From the IMG/VR virus record IMGVR_UViG_3300047274_000223: a stretch of 64,000 bases of DNA; one strand, written 5' to 3'. Position numbers and translations under genes: made by a program. Origin of the DNA: a virus. Position 1 is the stretch's first letter. Every line of letters starts with the position of its first letter. Below, one piece after another: positions 63,801-64,000 of the stretch. A model generated the notes under the pieces. That model had not been told where the DNA came from. It was given only the letters and a program-made list of their open reading frames with translations, and searched no databases.

Positions 63801-64000
63801 TGTTACTGGTCAAACTTCTGGTGCTACGGCTACTATTACTGCTTGGAACTTAGCAACAGGTCAGTTACAGTTAAATTATGTCTCTGATGAATTTGAGGTT
63901 GGAGAAGTTCTTCGTCAATCAAGTCCAACAGTAGATAGCGTAATTCTAAGCACACCAGCAAATCCAGTATACTCTGGTGATACCAAGAATGCTTATATCT
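57895..64000 (+). CDS. DUF4815/VrlC-like virion structural protein, 3'-truncated by the window
   Basis: MPQ.TNLNV.PYYDDFD..KNFYKVLFRPG.P.QARELT..QS.LQNQIE; DEFG..KFKNG..VD.F; in frame to the window end (>2035 codons). Confidence 0.88.
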   Translation, partial: MPQNTNLNVTPYYDDFDKDKNFYKVLFRPGFPIQARELTTLQSVLQNQIESMGNHFFKDGSMVIPGQVGFDNNVDGILVQSSFLGTNVEEYRSQLDGAIITGLSSGVKAKVIYTISSTESELGFITIYVKYIESGGVNRDIIKFQNNEQLIINKELTYGQNLLEIGSPFAQLLPNNATTTASTAYINSGVYFIRGYFIDVSYQYVILEQYAQNPSYRVGLEISESIITSEDDPSLNDNAAGSSNYAAPGAHRFRIKTTLIKKPIEDTSDKNFIELLRVVNGKVQKFVERTAYNEIEKELARRVYDQAGDFMIKPFDIRVRECYNDGFNNGVFAVNEVTHGPTGVPGSGVLLDSTTGSASGYLGLNTTLSGVDYGKSLYSVEVSPGKVYLKGYPVETTQPTYIDIPKSRQFSCFQNNIIPFEIGNYVKVTNVWGQPVISGPDVSSSYQIIEFRDAYTSVQGTGTGNVIGTARVMNFQQDSSGGDGISGTDDDQYELYLFDVTLHTKLRLTSSTTIDAGSMIVGKISGARGLLRVDPGASSFTGQTLTLTNVQGIFRANEVIQVDGRDVGTVSIAPYDYQLSDVRQLVGKNSTNTTTVFTCDSVLDDQIPLSGNYFTYSTSGTKLTGFNSNIAAEVRSGDRLYVSPTQYFTVAAVPANLNFSTVFNYTTQEITVTPSAGFTPTNGQQFQTIVRFRPQLNGTNNGDLFTEMPKAAIRSISDESMSIKRTYESQVTSSSFSISLSENEQFSAIDTDNYLMVVTGISGGSTYAVGDVVVIQDDVPGNAAYATFNTTGTPRTTLTVSNLVGITSIRIYATISRNVVIEKIKNANKMTVWKVNRTSKQSDQIPFGLAYSNLYGTRIEDNEISLGVKDAYRIHAIYESYDDNEAILPSVTLVESAFFAVGTIITGRTSGAKGMVIDFNPTTLKLSLVYQTSSSFIQNEVITGTNSQGTAIQALVSDADGSVELGSKNITSSFELVDGQTPFQYGISYIRRTKGSSSPIRKLKIVGDYFGHELTGDYFNIDSYVGIDYADIPAYVNRAGSGTTLNTRKQLRDVLDFRPGVKNLASGGGNVANPFYIQCSSLDFSSRVFDDSATITDIPKVNSDFRCDYCYYLKRIDTLSCDMLGNFFVSLGTPSEQPVPPPPVENSMLLAVIGHEAYGFDPSVDALVFAENIKRYTMKDVALLDKRVQNIEYYSALTLLEQDTNMLNIKDEFGNDKFKNGYVVDSFENQNVAELTDPDYNASLDFSNKVLRPSHYTTNVSMAINVATSGNIAVNNRVVTLPYTDVVLIQQPYASQVENVNPFNVFAFIGSIELNPASDDWVDTIVAPAQVQQIEGNYAAQAERIGADPNTGLGPQVWNSWQEDWSGATTTTSGGQWQGWLGPLGRWIPVYGTRTTTTTGIVERRTGTQQRLVTRFEQRSLGSRVISRTNVPWIRSRNVSFVAERLKPSAQFYGFFDNVSISQYVTPKLIELIKDPDEDFATTNTPFVIGEDIIGYRITSRNADGGAVYTTRDPIFRARVLAPNNGLRYNSYTDTELPETYSSTTPYVNIDTDALASQANGTYYGNIEIGCILVGSSSGARAIVRDRRIVTDRKGTVKGTFFIPRPANTSNPRWATGTRTFALSNSSTNQVGVPGGTSISNAQTNYTASGVIETTQETILSIRNAEIVTDQLFEQRTTSRTTQETVQIGYWDPLAQSFIVQERGGVFLTGADVFFNSKDTNIPVSAQLRLMENGIPTPKILPLSTVTVYPEDVEISENASIPTRFTFPAPVYVNDTDEYCLVIFSDSNEYTVWISEMGRVDITGDRTISAQPYAGVLFKSQNASTWSPNQLQDLKFTIYRAEFSTSPGKLTLNNSELGRGNGGIISLRENPIETRRANLSLTLQDDTPVFTLGARIYQKTTNASGTVIEMDTTSSPNKIVVTDIEGQFNEGALIGDVVTYPLVSSQSTATLYVSTQGGVLTGNYTVGKTVTGQTSGATATITAWNLATGQLQLNYVSDEFEVGEVLRQSSPTVDSVILSTPANPVYSGDTKNAYI

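Noticed and set aside
1-64000. tRNA/rRNA genes and photosynthesis auxiliary genes (psbA, hli, cpeT, pebS)
   Set aside because: None recognised by eye in this window; tRNAscan-SE and HMM searches would be needed for formal exclusion.

Overview
A 64-kb segment of a T4-like cyanobacterial myovirus (cyanomyophage-type) genome. Almost all genes are on the + strand. 1-3.8 kb: tandem cluster of 2OG-Fe(II)/cupin oxygenases. 3.8-25 kb: early/accessory region of about 70 small ORFs, plus a pyrimidine-dimer glycosylase-like protein, an RlpA-like protein, a DUF262-like protein, a ligase-like nucleotidyltransferase and an SF2 helicase. This region is driven by repeated sigma70-type promoter cassettes that share an upstream ATAAG-N5-CTGAT site; in eight of them the -35 box lies within a hairpin. 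About 24.0-25.2 kb: non-coding boundary with DnaA-box-like repeats, back-to-back promoters and hairpins (candidate origin). 26-64 kb: baseplate/tail module (large structural protein, PAAR, gp25, gp6, 5446-aa gp7, gp9-like fibre, S8 protease, gp8, and a DUF4815/VrlC-like gene running off the window). The most striking observation is five tandem domains in gp7 that resemble the phycobiliprotein globin core and keep the bilin-attachment C-x-x-D motif. All family assignments come from motif recognition by eye; no database searches were run.
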